A stretch of 64,000 bases of DNA from the human T2T-CHM13v2.0 reference genome, Homo sapiens. Under the pieces are notes generated by a model. That model did not search any database. It saw nothing but the letters and a program-made list of their open reading frames with translations, and had not been told where the DNA came from. Of the stretch, positions 38,885 through 56,417 are shown piece by piece. The position numbers and the translations under genes were made by a program. Position 1 is the first letter of the stretch. Each line of letters starts with the position of its first letter. The DNA lies in the NCBI RefSeq assembly GCF_009914755.1, contig NC_060931.1. One strand, 5' to 3'.

Positions 38885-41800
38885 TATTCTATGTAGAATC
38901 ATACACAACTCAATCAATGTTACTGGGGAGTCCAAGGGTTCTGGGTTCTTATCACAAACTCAAGTGGAGCCATTGGCATAAAATCTATTAACTCTCCTCT
39001 TGTCTCTATGGCTGTCCTCATTCCAGAATACTTGAAACTCATCCCAACAAGCCATGCCTACAGATCTTTACCTATGCCTGGAGTGTGCCTGTGCCCCCTA
39101 GAAGACTCCTACACATCCTTTCATACCCAGCCAGACAGAGCCTTCTCTTAGAGTCTTTCCTCACCAACCCCCTCACACAGAAGTAACCATTTCCTCCCCT
39201 GGGCACTTTCCATCCCCTTCATGCAGTTCTATTGTCTTCTTTCCTCTTTACCACCATTGTGTGTTTCCAGGCCTGTTTCCCTTAGCAGAGGTGAGCTCCT
39301 CAAGGGCATAGTCTGGTCTTACTCACTCTCATGGCTCTGGTCCCTATCAGGGTGCTGTACACACAGTGGGGACCAGAAAGGCTGGTGGAGTTGACTTGGC
39401 TGAGATTGCTGGGCCCCTGTGTGTCACTTCCTCTGACTTTCTGGTGACCACTCCATCTTCTTAGGTCATTAATACAGCCAGAGCTCTTGGCTGTGCCTCA
39501 GCTGCTGTCTCTGCACTTTCAGATTTGTCCTCTGTGATTCTGTTGGCAAGAGGACCCCTAAAAAAGAGACATGGCATGGATGAGATGGAGCTGATGGCTT
39601 AGTGGAATAGCATCAATTTGTGCTTCTTCCTCTGTAGCTTTCAAAAGTCCTGCCGTAGATAGAAAGTTAGACAGGTTCTTTGCCAAAGAGTGGCCCCTTC
39701 TCTCTGGAAATACTGCATGTCTGGAAACAGTAGGGGAGAAAGAAGAGAAGAGAACAGCTGCCCAGATGGCCAGGTTGACCCAAACCACCTCAGCCAGCAA
39801 CAATGGGGCAGTGGTCACTGCAGGTCACACAGCATCAAGGACTCCAATGAGGTGGTCCCAGCCTCTTGAGGGTGGAATTGGAATTCAAAGCAAATGGCTT
39901 CCTTTTTGACAAGTGGAGGATTTTCTAATGGGAGGAGAGCAGGTGCCAGGAGCTGGTAGAGATGAGGCCTGTAATAACAGTTGCTGCCACCTGTGAGCCC
40001 TGTGACCCATTCCTGATGGGAGAGATCTCAGTGATGAGGGTGTGAAAATTATATCAGCTCATTATCATCACTCACACCCAAGTTCTGTGTCTGCTTGGCC
40101 TGAGAAATGGATTCCATGACAAACAAAATCTCAGAGTTGTTAAAACTCAGTAGAAACAGATGATGTTTAAGCTGTGCTTGTTCACTTCCTTCTCTCTTTA
40201 TTCTTTCTCAGGTTCAGCACTCCTGCAGAAACTGATACTCACCCCAGAAAGACACCTTTTCCCATCCCTCTGGCCCCTAAGCCTCCAGGGCTGCTCGGCA
40301 CCTGGCCTCAGCAGGTGAACATCATGCCAGATTCCTTGTCAGATTCAAGGCCAAGTGGGTGAATGTCATGTGCAGTGTTGTGCCAGGTATGTGCCGGGAG
40401 CCACATGTTCCTTGGGGACAGCCTAGTGAAGCAGGAGACAAATAAACATGCTTGGATGGAGGTATGCATGTGCTGTAACTCTGGAATCCCTGGAATAATG
40501 GAGCCCTACAGAGAGGTACCTAAGAAAAGAAGTGACAGCGTCAAAGCAACAAAGGACAGACACGGGTAGGTGGGTGACAATCCCCAGGAGAAGTAGGATA
40601 AAAGTCCAGGGAATTCTGGTACATTTCTGTCTCCTTTCAGTGGCTTCGCTGAGCACATTAAATAGGGCCATGCTACTATCCCCAGTTTACAGATGTAGAA
40701 ACTGAGGCTCAGTGACTGCAAGTAGCTTCCCAACTGATACTGATCACAATAAAATATTATAAAAAGTTAACAGGAAGGGAGATATTAGGTCCTCTGCTGC
40801 TCTGGTGCACCTGCCATTCCTTGCTAAGCATCACTATGGCAAATAGTAAGACTCAAGGCTGCAACCAGAAATTGGTTGAGATTCGTGTTCCTGTCTCAAG
40901 GGTTACTCCCAGTGGCACCCCCTGGGTTTTCTAGAACAAAGGACTCCATCTCAGCAGGGAGAAAGAAAGATGCAGTTTCTGACCATATCAATGGCATTGC
41001 TGGAGGATCTCCCTCTCTATGTTGCCACACCGAGAGGTGCACAGAACACATTCTGACAAGTAAAGATTCCAGTGTCATCTGATAACTATCAACAACTTCA
41101 TTAGCTCACCTAAACAAAGAGCCTTTCTTATTTTTTTAGAAACAAAACTCTTATGGAAACGATTATGTTTTCTTCTTTCCTCTAAAACACTTACTTGGCT
41201 AAGATGATTTTTATTCTAAGATGAAGATTTACCTGCCCTACAAACTTCAGGAGGTGGTGTGACTGGTTGGAATCTATACCAACAGTGATAGACTAATCGT
41301 TGCTTGGAATTCAAATGCAGCCAGCACTCTGTCCTAACTAATGAAATTGGTGTTGTTCTGCAAAGGAAAATAATTGAAGGCATGTTCTGCCACTTAATTC
41401 CACAGAAAGTAACATCTTCTAACATGTAGGGACTTGCCTACTGAGAGCTGCACTGACTGTGTCAAGGAAGATACTATGCATTGGAAGAACACCCAAGCAC
41501 CACTTGCCTCTCCCCTACTCATTTCCTGTATTAAAGCATTCATCATGTTTTTAAAGCTGTGCTGTCAGTATTGTGCTCCCAGACATTATTCTTGGTCTTG
41601 GTCAACTTTGTACCCTAAGCACATGGAGAAGAGACAAATAAGCAGATAATTATAGGACAGCTAAGGAAAAATAATCATAAAATTGTGAGAAAAATCATGT
41701 CCTTATCAACAATGAAAGACGTTTCTTCTTTCTTGGTCTGGTTTCATTGGATCAAAGTTAAATCTCAACATTCAGAGAAGCATTAGGCTCAGATATCAGC

Positions 41801-42071
41801 ATGAGTGGACAGGCTGTCCAGGGACTCAGTGATGCAAGGAACACCTTCACTCCGATATTTTCATCCTTTTATATTGGTAGTCCAAGTGGTACCTCTCTTC
41901 TGGGAAGCTTGTTCTGACTTCCAGTGGCCAAGTGAATTACTTGTGGTAGGCAGAAGCAACATTGCTCTGGAATGATTTGTGTATTAGATTCAAATTTCAC
42001 AGGTCATGATCTTGAGGATGTAAACCAAAAAAAAAAAAAAAAAAAAAAAAAGGCAGATTATCTCTCTGTAA

Positions 42072-42456
<385 letters not shown>

Positions 42457-43754
42457 TTTAAGTTTTGGTGGCTGGAGGAGGGGATTAGCAATGCTTTCGG
42501 GCCTCATGCTTAGGGGTGGTGTTGAGGAGAGTGACAGGTCCATGGACATGTACTCTAGGCACTGGAGGAGGTAGGTGTCTCACTTCGATGCCACTGTATG
42601 TTGGTTAGTCTGTATGCCTGCTGTGTTCAGGGCATGTGGCAAGCACTAAATATTAAAGAATCAAAATCCTTGTCGTGATGAAGCTATCTCTCTAATAGGA
42701 CAAAGAGATACTAAACAGTGACAAAAATAATACTGAATTACAAATTGGGAAAAATGCTATGAAGTAAAAGAACCCTTTACTTAAGCTCCCAGTGATATCA
42801 GACACAGTTGATCCTTCTTTCTTTCCTTAAACTCTCTCTCTCTTTGAAAGACATGAATACAACAGAATCAACAAGACTTGACAGATGGGAAGTGTGAGAC
42901 CTTGGATATTCCTGGATCTGTTTCCTCATCTGTCCATGGGGGAAATTGACCAGAATTGGCCTATGAAGACCAAGGTCCTCCTTGTCCCAATCAGAAGACC
43001 CCTGCAGGACTGCCTGCCTCTCAGCCTCTGTGTCCCTCTAGGAGTTTTGAAGACATTCCCTGTCCTCTATTCTCATTCTCTTATAGATCACTTAGGGTCC
43101 ACCAGGTCTTCCAGCCCAATCAAAGACCAACAGCTCCTACGGGCAGGAGAAGAGCAAAGGTGGGATAGGATGCAACTGGGAGAAGATAACCACCCATTTA
43201 GGCCCTGAACTTTAAATTATGGATGGGTTTCTTAACTGAGATTGCAGTGAAAGGGTTTCACACATTCTCACACCCACTCACACTCAGCTTTTACTCAAGG
43301 AAATGATAGTGAATACGTGTCATGCTAAGTATTTACCCTGCATTAACTGATTCAATCTGTCTAACAACCCATGGTATTGATGTTGTTATGATCCCTATTT
43401 TACAGATGAGCAAACTAAGCCACAGGAAGGTTAACTGACCCATCCAAGGTTACGTCACTAATTGCTCTAGCAGAGCCAGGATTCATATGTAGATTCTGTA
43501 GCTGGAGAGCCCAGGGTCATAATCTTTTGACATAAGCCCAGCCTTGCCCAAGGACACACAGAGTTAGTGGGGAACTAGCAATGCAGCTCAGGCCTTCTGA
43601 ATGGGTAGTGGCCAGAGCTCTGTCCCATATGCTGGGACAAAATGAAGTCCCAAAGCAAACTTGTCAGTGAGGACTGGGGTGAAGCAATGTCCTTTCTTCT
43701 CCCTGCCTGCCCTTGCCCTGAAGTATATGCACTTCTGTAGACTTTACAACAAAA

Positions 43755-43895
43755 AAGAAGAGGAGCTCTCTCTCTCCTGCCACCTTGTGAAGAAGGTGCC
43801 TTCTTCCACTTTGCCAACTGCCATGATTGCAAGTTTTCTGAGCCTCCCCAACCATATGGAACTGTGACTCAATTAAACCTTTCTTTGTAAATTAA
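43755..43895 (+). mobile_element. MST/THE1 MaLR LTR 3' fragment
   Basis: CTGCCATGATTG...GGAACTGTGACTCAATTAAACCT. Confidence 0.7.
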
Positions 43896-45224
43896 AAAAA
43901 AAGAAGAGGAGGAGGACTTAATCATAACTGTTTTCTTTCTACTCTATTCTGGAGTGTCTATTTCTTGATAAAGTAACCACCAACATCTCCATGGCACTTC
44001 ATAATTTATACAGTTCTTTCCCAACTCTCCTAATATCAGCAAGAAAACTTTGTAAGATGAGTAGTATTAGGATGATTTAACTCATACTTTATAGATGTGG
44101 AAACAGATAGTTAGAAATAGACTTCAGACGTGACTAAGCCATGAAGCCAGGGCATGGAGCAGGACATTGTGATTTCAAATTGCATCAGTGGTGTTCTTGC
44201 TGGGATTCCAAGAAGGCTCCTAAAACAACTTGGCAGGTTGTGTCAGCCACACATGAGATAAATATTTCTCTCTACACCTCCCAGCACACTGCCAGTGTAG
44301 TTATAAAATGCTACAGAGCTGGTTATGACCATGAAAACAACATGTGCATCCTACACTTTACTAAATTGTGTATTCAGTGAGCTCATGTTTCAGCAGAAAG
44401 GGGAATGTTGCAAATAATTCTGACATGTCACAATCAGAATCATTTGTGTTTCCAGGAAAGCAAAAAGTAAAAGGTGATGAAACCAACATGTAAAAGAGAA
44501 ATCAAAGAATATGAGGCAAATTTCAGAAGAGCACGTGGAAGGGAATTAATGAAACAGGAAATTGGTGAAGGAAATGAAGATTGTCATGAGATGTGTTACA
44601 AAACATCAGCAAAACCTACACCATTTCTCATACTCCTTATTTCAGTAACCTCCTAGCTTCTTTTGCCTACCCTGGGCAGTACTTATCCAGGGAATTCCCT
44701 ACTCAGCCACCAGACAGCATCTCAAAAAACATGGAATCTTAAAGCATGCTTCCTTGGCTTCAGTCCCTGCAACTGTTCCTATCACTCACAGGATAAAATC
44801 TAAGTATATCTAGGAAGTAACACAAGACCCTTTCTCATCTGGCCACTGTTAGCTTCTTCAGCCTGTCTCAGTCCACTTCTCCAACTGTACACGGTGTTTT
44901 AAGCAAATGGTGCGATTGGCTACTCCCCAGGCTCTGCAAAAATGATGTGTTCGTGTCTCCTTGTGTCCACACAAGCTGTTCTTTAGCATAGACTGGGTCC
45001 AACCCAGCTTCCATCTGGTGCATTCCTAACCATCCTTCAGGAGTCAACCAGGGCATCATCTCCCCAACAAGCCTCTTTCATGACCACAGCAAGCAAATGC
45101 TGGAGAGGGTCCCGCTGGTGCTTTCTCACAGTTTTAACAGCTGGACACACAGTGGCTGTCATCCCGGGATGCTCACAGAATTCACATGCATGAGGAGCTT
45201 TTAAAAACCACAGATTCACTGTGT

Positions 45225-45605
<381 letters not shown>

Positions 45606-46302
45606 CTAACAATGAGGAGGCAGGGACCATTGAGGGCCATCTGGAGAGACTCCAAAGTGTCCCATCAATCCAGTTACATGAAAAAGAAGGCATCACACCC
45701 AACTCATTCAATGAGGGCCACATGATCCAAATCTGAAAAAAATCAGGACCGCAAAGGAAGATGACATGCCAGTCTCATTCATCGGCATCAGTGCAAAAAT
45801 GCTGAACACAATAGTAGCAAGCCAGAGACAGGAGTGTTCAAAGATGATACACCATGACCAAGTTGAATTTAAACCTGAGACTCAAGAATAGTTAACAGAG
45901 AAAAAGTATAAATACCAATGATCTCATCAACAGATTAAAGGAGAACGATTATAAGATCATCTCAATTGTTTTAGGAAGAGCCTTTGCTAGTTCAATAATA
46001 ATATATTAATAATACATGATAATATTCAACTCCCATTCATGATATAAAAAACCTTCAACAACTAACAGCAGTGAATTTTATTAATCTGATGAAAGCATCT
46101 ACCAAAAAAAATTAGAGAAAACATTATTCTCAGCAGTATAAAAGCATTATCCTCTTATACCTTCTTGTTTACCATGTGCACAAATTACCTTTCCAAAACT
46201 AGTAACATCTTTAAAAAATCCTATCAGTTAACTTACTTTTTCTGTAATTGAAAAGAATATCATAGCTTGTCCTTGTCAGAAGTCCAGCTTGTGATTCACC
46301 TG

Positions 46303-46484
46303 GGGTCAGCATAGGGCAAGGTTTAATAAACACTGAAATAACTAAACATTGTAATGCCTCATGGGGCTGCTTGAACTGACATGATTTCAAGGGCACTGAG
46401 AGGCTGGGGGAAAGCAGAGGGTCAGCAAGTTCATTCAGCTGAGATTATCTCAGTTTACAAACTGGAGTTTATGAACTTTAGTTG
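46303..46484 (-). promoter_or_regulatory. CYP3A7: CYP3A7 XREM distal enhancer (about -7.7 kb): dNR1 DR3 TGAACTtgcTGACCC (46419-46433), dNR2 ER6 TGAAATcatgtcAGTTCA (46372-46389), DR4-like TGCCCTatgcTGACCC (46303-46318), HNF4A-like DR1 (46472-46484)
   Basis: Motifs and distance match the established PXR/CAR xenobiotic-responsive enhancer module of CYP3A4 and CYP3A7. Confidence 0.88.
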
Positions 46485-47115
46485 GGACATGAGTTTCATT
46501 GATTATTGGAATGAACCATCTCTCGAGAATAAACCAGCATCCAGCATCGGGCATGAAGTTCCAAGAGGACCCCAGGGAGAGATGTTACTAGGAAGCTTGC
46601 CAAATCCTGTGACTTTCCAGGGGGCCTGCCCACCCAAGTGCAGCCCATGCCTGACACCCAGCCCTCAATGCCCTATTCTGATCAGTTACATGGTTATCTC
46701 CAGAACCATGGGGCCCTCTCTATCGGTGTGAATGGGTTGTCCACTCTGCCCAGTGCTGTGACACAACACAGGGGAACAGAACCATAAGGGAAAATGTGAA
46801 CAAGACCTTCAAAGAACGAGTCATGCTGAGACCCAAGGTGGGGGTACTTCACCACACAGAGGGAACTGGGGAGACACCAGGAGCTCTGGGAAGGCAGAGA
46901 TAAGGGGATCTGGAACTACCTGGTGTGAAGTATTCCTAAAGGAGAGACTGTCTGCATTATCATCAACAGAGAAGTGTTTGTATAGAAGAGGGGAAGGTGA
47001 GAAGCATTTCAGGCTGTGAGAATGGTTCAGCTTTTTTTAGTAATAAAAAAATAGAGAAAGTAGAAATTGCTTTTAACTTTGTGTATTGAATAAGTAAGGA
47101 ATGGCGTCCCAACCG

Positions 47116-47451
<336 letters not shown>

Positions 47452-47528
47452 CACTTTATTATTAACAAGGTTCAATATTTCTGGATTTTTGATAGCTGTG
47501 TTTCTTCTTTGATAAAATGTTCATGTCC

Positions 47529-51048
<3,520 letters not shown>

Positions 51049-51769
51049 TCCAAGTTTGATAGACAACCACTATCTCATCTCAGTTACATCCACTCCTTCC
51101 TCAGACTCACTAATAAAGTGCAGCCTTTGAATAAAAAGAAGTAAAGCAGAACCCCTTTTTTGTGTGTCTCAAAGCTGCAAAAGACGTCATGGGGAGTAAG
51201 AGCTAAGGTAGAGCCATGGAAAAACCCTTAGGGAATTTAGCATTTGTTGGAGATGATTCAAGCAGGTGCAAATGACCCAATGGTAAATACTTGATCTCCC
51301 TAATAAACTGAGTTTCAAAGCTGTCCAGGAGGAAGGGGGAAAAGGCTACTCATGAGCTCTTGCTACAGAGAAGAAAGTTTGACTCTCATGTACACAGATA
51401 ACAAGCCACAATCAAGGGATCCTGTTCCGACTTTTAATACTAACAATGACTGTACTTTCCTGGGAACCTACACGGAGCAAAAAGAAAATCTTCTTTATGG
51501 TGTTCACAAAGTCTGCATATCAAGTTTTGAACATCAGGTTGCTGATCTACCTGAGATTTGGGCTGTTCAAATTAGGCAAATCTGAGGTTCCTGAGAGTTA
51601 GCAAGAGAGCCCCTGTGTAAACATTGCCATGCTCTGGGTGATGCCTACACACTGTTTCTGAAAGGGTAAAACCTCAGACCTTCCTTTTGCAGAGAAACAT
51701 TTTTACTGATGGAACTAAGCTGCTGTTTGCAATCATAAGAAGCCAAAGAGTGAGCTCAAAAACACTCAC

Positions 51770-51863
51770 TTGATGGTAGGACAAAGTAGTTCCCAAAAAA
51801 AGCAGAGGTCTGGGACCTGGAATGCCAAGATTTTTAAAAAGTCCATGTGAATGGGTTTCATAT
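51770..51863 (-). pseudogene. CYP3A52P: CYP3A52P exon 2 (94 nt), [31 protein letters not shown]
   Basis: Intact acceptor CTTTGTAG, donor GTGAGT, open frame (ORF 51674-51886). Confidence 0.9.
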
Positions 51864-52724
51864 CTACAAAGTGAAACAGAAATCATGTCTCAAGGATTGT
51901 GACTTTATAGATATAGGGGATGGTGAGTTACTGACTGAGGAAATGTAATGCTCAGGAGAAGGAGGTAACATTAAGGCAATAAATAACAGTAACTCCGACA
52001 GCAATGATTATGTTTGTTCATCAGGTCCTTTCCTGCCTGCACTGTGACACCCCAAAAGTCACAGTGATTAGCTAAAAGCAGCTGAAGTTTTCATGGTCCC
52101 AATCCTGGAGTGAATACTTGATAAGTGTCCTCAAACATGAGTGCTCCTGAGAGGTTCAGGCAGGAATTCTTCCAGGGCACTTCATTCCTTTATGTCTATT
52201 TAGTAAGTGGACCCCACTGATTTAGGGCTTCTCATCCTAGGTAGAAAGGGTGACTTTTTTTTTTTGTCTTCAGCAGTAATGGTTAGATTTTGCATCGCTG
52301 CATCCACTCAGTCACAGAGGGTCACTGAGAGCCTATTGTGGCCCTGTCTTTAGAATTGCTCAAAGGCTTTTATGCTTTCCCTTTCTGCTAAGCTCTGACC
52401 CTGTTTTAGGATCTGGCCCTTCTTAAACTGTCATTCACAGAGAGGTCTTGGAGGAGTCAGAGTCCTTATTTCTACAGATTGACAACTGTGCTCCAGGCTT
52501 CTACTGGCCTCGTAGAAATGCGAGCACCTTTCAGCTACACCTCAGTCTCTGTGGTCAGATGATCTGGTTGATTTCAGCTATGGGGGAGAATGATTGACTC
52601 ATATTGCCCTGAATGACAGTGTGCAGAAGAATCACAACTTAAGAAACCAATTTCCAGGACATTCCTCCTCTTGTGGAATCTAGCCTTCCAACTGGTGATA
52701 TTCATCTGATAAGCACAGTGCCAG

Positions 52725-53139
52725 TGATATGGTCTGAATCTGTGCCCCTACCCAAATCTCATGTTGAAATGTAACCCCAAATGCTGGAGGTGGGGCCTGA
52801 TAGGAGGTGATTGGATCCTAGGGGCAGTTTCTCATGGTTTCACACCATCCTGCCTTCGCTGTTGTCCTCGTGACAATGAGTTTTTATGAGATCTGGTGGT
52901 TTATAAGTGTGTGGCTCCTCCTCCCCACCCTCTCTTGCTTCTACTACAGCCATGTAAGATCCGCCTGCTCCTCCTTCACCTTCTGCCATGATTGTAAATT
53001 TCCTGAGGCCTCCCTAGAGGCAGAAGTCGCTATGCTTCCTGTAGAGCCTGCAGAACTATGAGCCAATTAAATCTCTTTTCTTTATAAATTACCCAGCCTC
53101 AGGTATTTCTTTACAGCAATGCAAGAAATGACTAATATA
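52725..53139 (+). mobile_element. MST-family MaLR solo LTR (third paralogous copy)
   Basis: Aligns with 232-643 and 35533-35946. Confidence 0.8.
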
Positions 53140-55935
53140 TCCAGACATGCTCATTTTTTCAAGGTGATCAATCACAAAGCAGTCAGTTTATTGCCTCTGT
53201 ACATTGACTATCTCTGTAGGAAAACCCATTAAGGCTGCTGCTCTTTATGGCAGGCCTGCTTGCAACTCATCTTTGATGGGTCATGTATGGACTCCCCCAA
53301 CTGGGGGTTCTGGATGTCTGAAGACCTTCCCAGTCTGATGTTACTGAGGAGCGGAGGACTAGAGGAAGAAGAAAGGCTGATGGCAGACATCACCAGCCAT
53401 CAACTCAACCGTGAATCTGCTAGTCCCACAAGGTTGGCCCCAGAGAGGCAAATTAGGAAAATGCAGCTGAAAAGTATGGTGTATATAAATGGATCCATAT
53501 GCCTCATATGTGCTTTCAGCTGAAAGGCAGGGGCCTTCTAATGTCCATGTACCTTCCTGTTGATAGCAAAAGATGCAGTATTTTACATAAGTAACCATAA
53601 AATGTTCCAGATAGTTGAATTAAGACCTTGTTTTCTCTTCTATAACAGGTAGCACTTAAGGCAGTATAGGTTCCAAACATTCTGTACAAATCCAGTGACT
53701 CTGATAATATGTGGTAAAATACAACTGAGAAATGGCATGGAGGGTCGTGTTTGGAGATCCCAGCAGAGGCAGCATATAGTGCATTTGGATCCTTGCCCCA
53801 GAATAGTTAGTGGAAGTGTGTGCACCATCTACCAAAACCAGGGTGGCCTTGGGGTTTCCCACCCCAGTTTCTTCCTTTGTTGTCACAGCCATGGCAAATT
53901 AATGACACTAATCTCTGCTTCTAAACCTTCTACATGTTACATGATCTCTCAGGCCAGGACAAACTAATGAGTTAATGTGTCAGCAGCATTGGCCCCCAGG
54001 GAAAGATCTAGGTGAGTGTCTAGACTCACATGGTTCCATGTCAAGGCAGAGGCTGTGCTGGGCAAACTGTTTAGTTTCTTTCCAGCTCTCCTCTGTTTGG
54101 TAGAGTAATGCCACTTTCAGTTCCAATGAAGAGGCTAACAGAAAAGCCCGTCATCTATTGCATGTAATTGTGTTGGCCTAAGGAGGGCACGGTCTACACT
54201 ATAGTTTCTGATTCCTGGGCTACACCAGCATCGTCTAAGGCTAAGGTATTGTCTGCCCAGCTGCCCGAGTCTGTAGTGGCCTCCCCACAACATGGCAGAC
54301 CACACACAGAGTGACACATTTGATGTCCCTGTATCCAGGCTTGAAGCAGATGAGATGCCAATCTGTTTGCCCTTTGAGTGACCTCCACTGTGGGGCCAGG
54401 ACCCATGAATATCTCTTTGGAGTTCTACCCTGAGAGCTGAGGAATATTTTCTCACTTCATGCAGATCCTATCTGGATGCCTTTGCTATCATCACTAGCTC
54501 ACAGTATTGCTTACTCCCCTGCCTGAGAGTTTAAGGTAGCCTGCTAAGCAGGTATATTCAAAAAGGAGGTATTACAATAAACTGTCAGGCATGTATATTT
54601 AAAAAGACATATGCAGTCTTGTCTTAGAGATATACATTCATGTATTAGACTCATATTCCTGATATTATTCTGGAAAGGTGATGTTATTTTACACACATTT
54701 ATTGTCACAAATACTGAACTAACAGCCCTCTTTTATCATCCAGAAGGAACATGCTGGAAATAGTCTATCTCCAAAAAATTCTGGTTTAAAAATGAATGAA
54801 TTTAAACCATATCAATTTATTTTAAAATGTTAGAAAATGGAAACTATGTTGCCACTATTCACTGAATTCCTAAGCTTTCTGTGAAAGAATTAAAATTAGT
54901 TTTATAGTGTCTATTTTCATGTCATTGTGGTTCCCTGCTCTTAATAAAAGTCAAATTGAGGTAGAAGTTAATGGAACAGGTGGAGCCTCCACTACCCACA
55001 GTGGGAAGTAACTCTTCTCTCCACCTGCTCTAGGATGCCAGGAATCCCACCAGTGAGAGGGTTCATCCTCCTTTACTGTAACACAAAGGGGAAAAAATGT
55101 GTAAAATCCAAATTGGCTTTCACAGCTCCTGCCTTTTCAGGCTGCTAGCAGATTCCCATTAGGTGAGAAACAAAGCTCTATATTAATGCTAGCCTCCCAG
55201 AGACGGGAGGAAAAAGATTAAAGCAAAGAATAAATCTTCAAAACTTCCTCCAAGTCTCCTTTGCTCTGGAGATTAATCATTGCAAGGTAAATAGTTCTGT
55301 GTATGACAGGGTGGAGGAGTGAGTCATAGGAGGGAGGGGATGTTTTGGGACATGGCACAGGAAAGAGGGAAGAGCCGGGGGACAGCTTCCCGTGAAGTCT
55401 TGGTGTTCCCCGGTGCGTTATGTAAATGATATCCTGGGGTGGAAGTTGGGGGAGCAGGAACCACCAGGTCCACAGGGGACAAACTTCTACACATCTCTTC
55501 CAGCAGACAGAGAACCCAGAAAATGAAGGTAATGAGACAAAAACCCAAGCTGCTCCCTCCTGTCCCCAGAATCCTGAGAACCTGGGAAGGGGATGAGGAT
55601 CACACTCCCCATCGTGTTCAGCAGTTTGTAATCTGCCTTTGCTGGGTTTTTGTTGATAGGTCAAATCTAACCTAATCAGATCATTCCCACTACCAAATGC
55701 TGTCCCTAAACCCTCCTAGTTACCAAAATGAGAAGGTAGCTGGGACAAATGCTTATTTATTTCTTCATAAATCTGCATAAGATCAATAATAACCTTTATG
55801 TGTTTGTAGCATCCAACAATTAATCTACTCCTCCTTGAACATCTCTTTTGATCTTCAAAACAGATAAGGGAGCAGGGGCCTGAGAGCACCCCAAGTCCAA
55901 GTTAACAGAGGAGAGGAATCTGGACAGTTACTGAC

Positions 55936-56006
55936 AGATAGTGGAGCACCAGGCTGACAGCAAGGAGAAGCCAGGTTTCCACCGCCAAATTTGGGATGAG
56001 GTCCGT
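55936..56006 (-). pseudogene. CYP3A52P: CYP3A52P exon 1 coding-like part, start mutated ATG>ACG: TDLIPNLAVETWLLLAVSLVLHY(L)
   Basis: 71 nt, ACG at 56006-56004, donor GTCAGT. Confidence 0.9.
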
Positions 56007-56131
56007 TGCCACTTTCCTTCCTCAACTGTCTTCTCTGAGTCTTACTTTCAGCTGTGTGCTGCTGTTTGCTGGGCTGTCTGCCTGGAGCTTCCCTGCCCTG
56101 CACAGCAGTCTTAGGACAAGCTGCTGAAATG

Positions 56132-56219
56132 TTTATGTGCTGGAGAAGGAGGCGGGGCTGCAGCTGCAGCCAGTAGCAAAGAATCACACACACCCCTTTG
56201 ATGACCTCCTTTGAGTTCA
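56132..56219 (-). promoter_or_regulatory. CYP3A52P proximal promoter: CATAAA (56132-56137), GC box, perfect ER6 TGAACTcaaaggAGGTCA (56202-56219)
   Basis: Read directly; the ER6 is identical to the established CYP3A4 proximal PXR element. Confidence 0.8.
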
Positions 56220-56322
56220 TGTTCTATGAGGAATCATAAACAACTTAATCAGTGTTATCAGGGAGTCCAAGGAATCTGAGTTCTTATCAGAAACTGAAGT
56301 GGGGCCATTGGTATGAACTCTA

Positions 56323-56417
56323 TTTTTTTTTAATTTTATTATTATTATACTTTAAGTTTTAGGGTACATGTGCAAAATGTGCAGGTTTGTTACATATGTA
56401 TACATGTGCCATGTTGG
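56323..56417 (-). mobile_element. Very short (about 95 bp) L1PA 3'-end insertion
   Basis: TTATTATACTTTAAGTTTTAGGGTACATGTGCA...; degenerate TSD TTGGTATGAACTCTATT/TTGGCATGAAATCTGTT; absent at the 3855 paralog. Confidence 0.88.

Larger units (their letters stand above)
51049..56115 (-). pseudogene. CYP3A52P: CYP3A52P (CYP3AP2): exon 1, intron 1, exon 2 and the first 0.7 kb of intron 2 only
   Basis: Collinear with CYP3A7 33850-38720; lies between CYP3A4 and CYP3A7; homology stops at the L1 tail. Confidence 0.9.

Noticed and set aside
38850-38920. CYP3A7*1C promoter conversion
   Set aside because: The ER6 is the TTAACTcaatgg *1A form.
42027-42051. Orphan A25 run upstream of CYP3A7
   Set aside because: Simple mononucleotide repeat with no attached element or TSD.
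55218-55664. 148-aa ORF overlapping the near-identical tract
   Set aside because: The paralog near 2750-3200 does not keep the same start or frame, so the identity is better explained by conversion or regulatory constraint.
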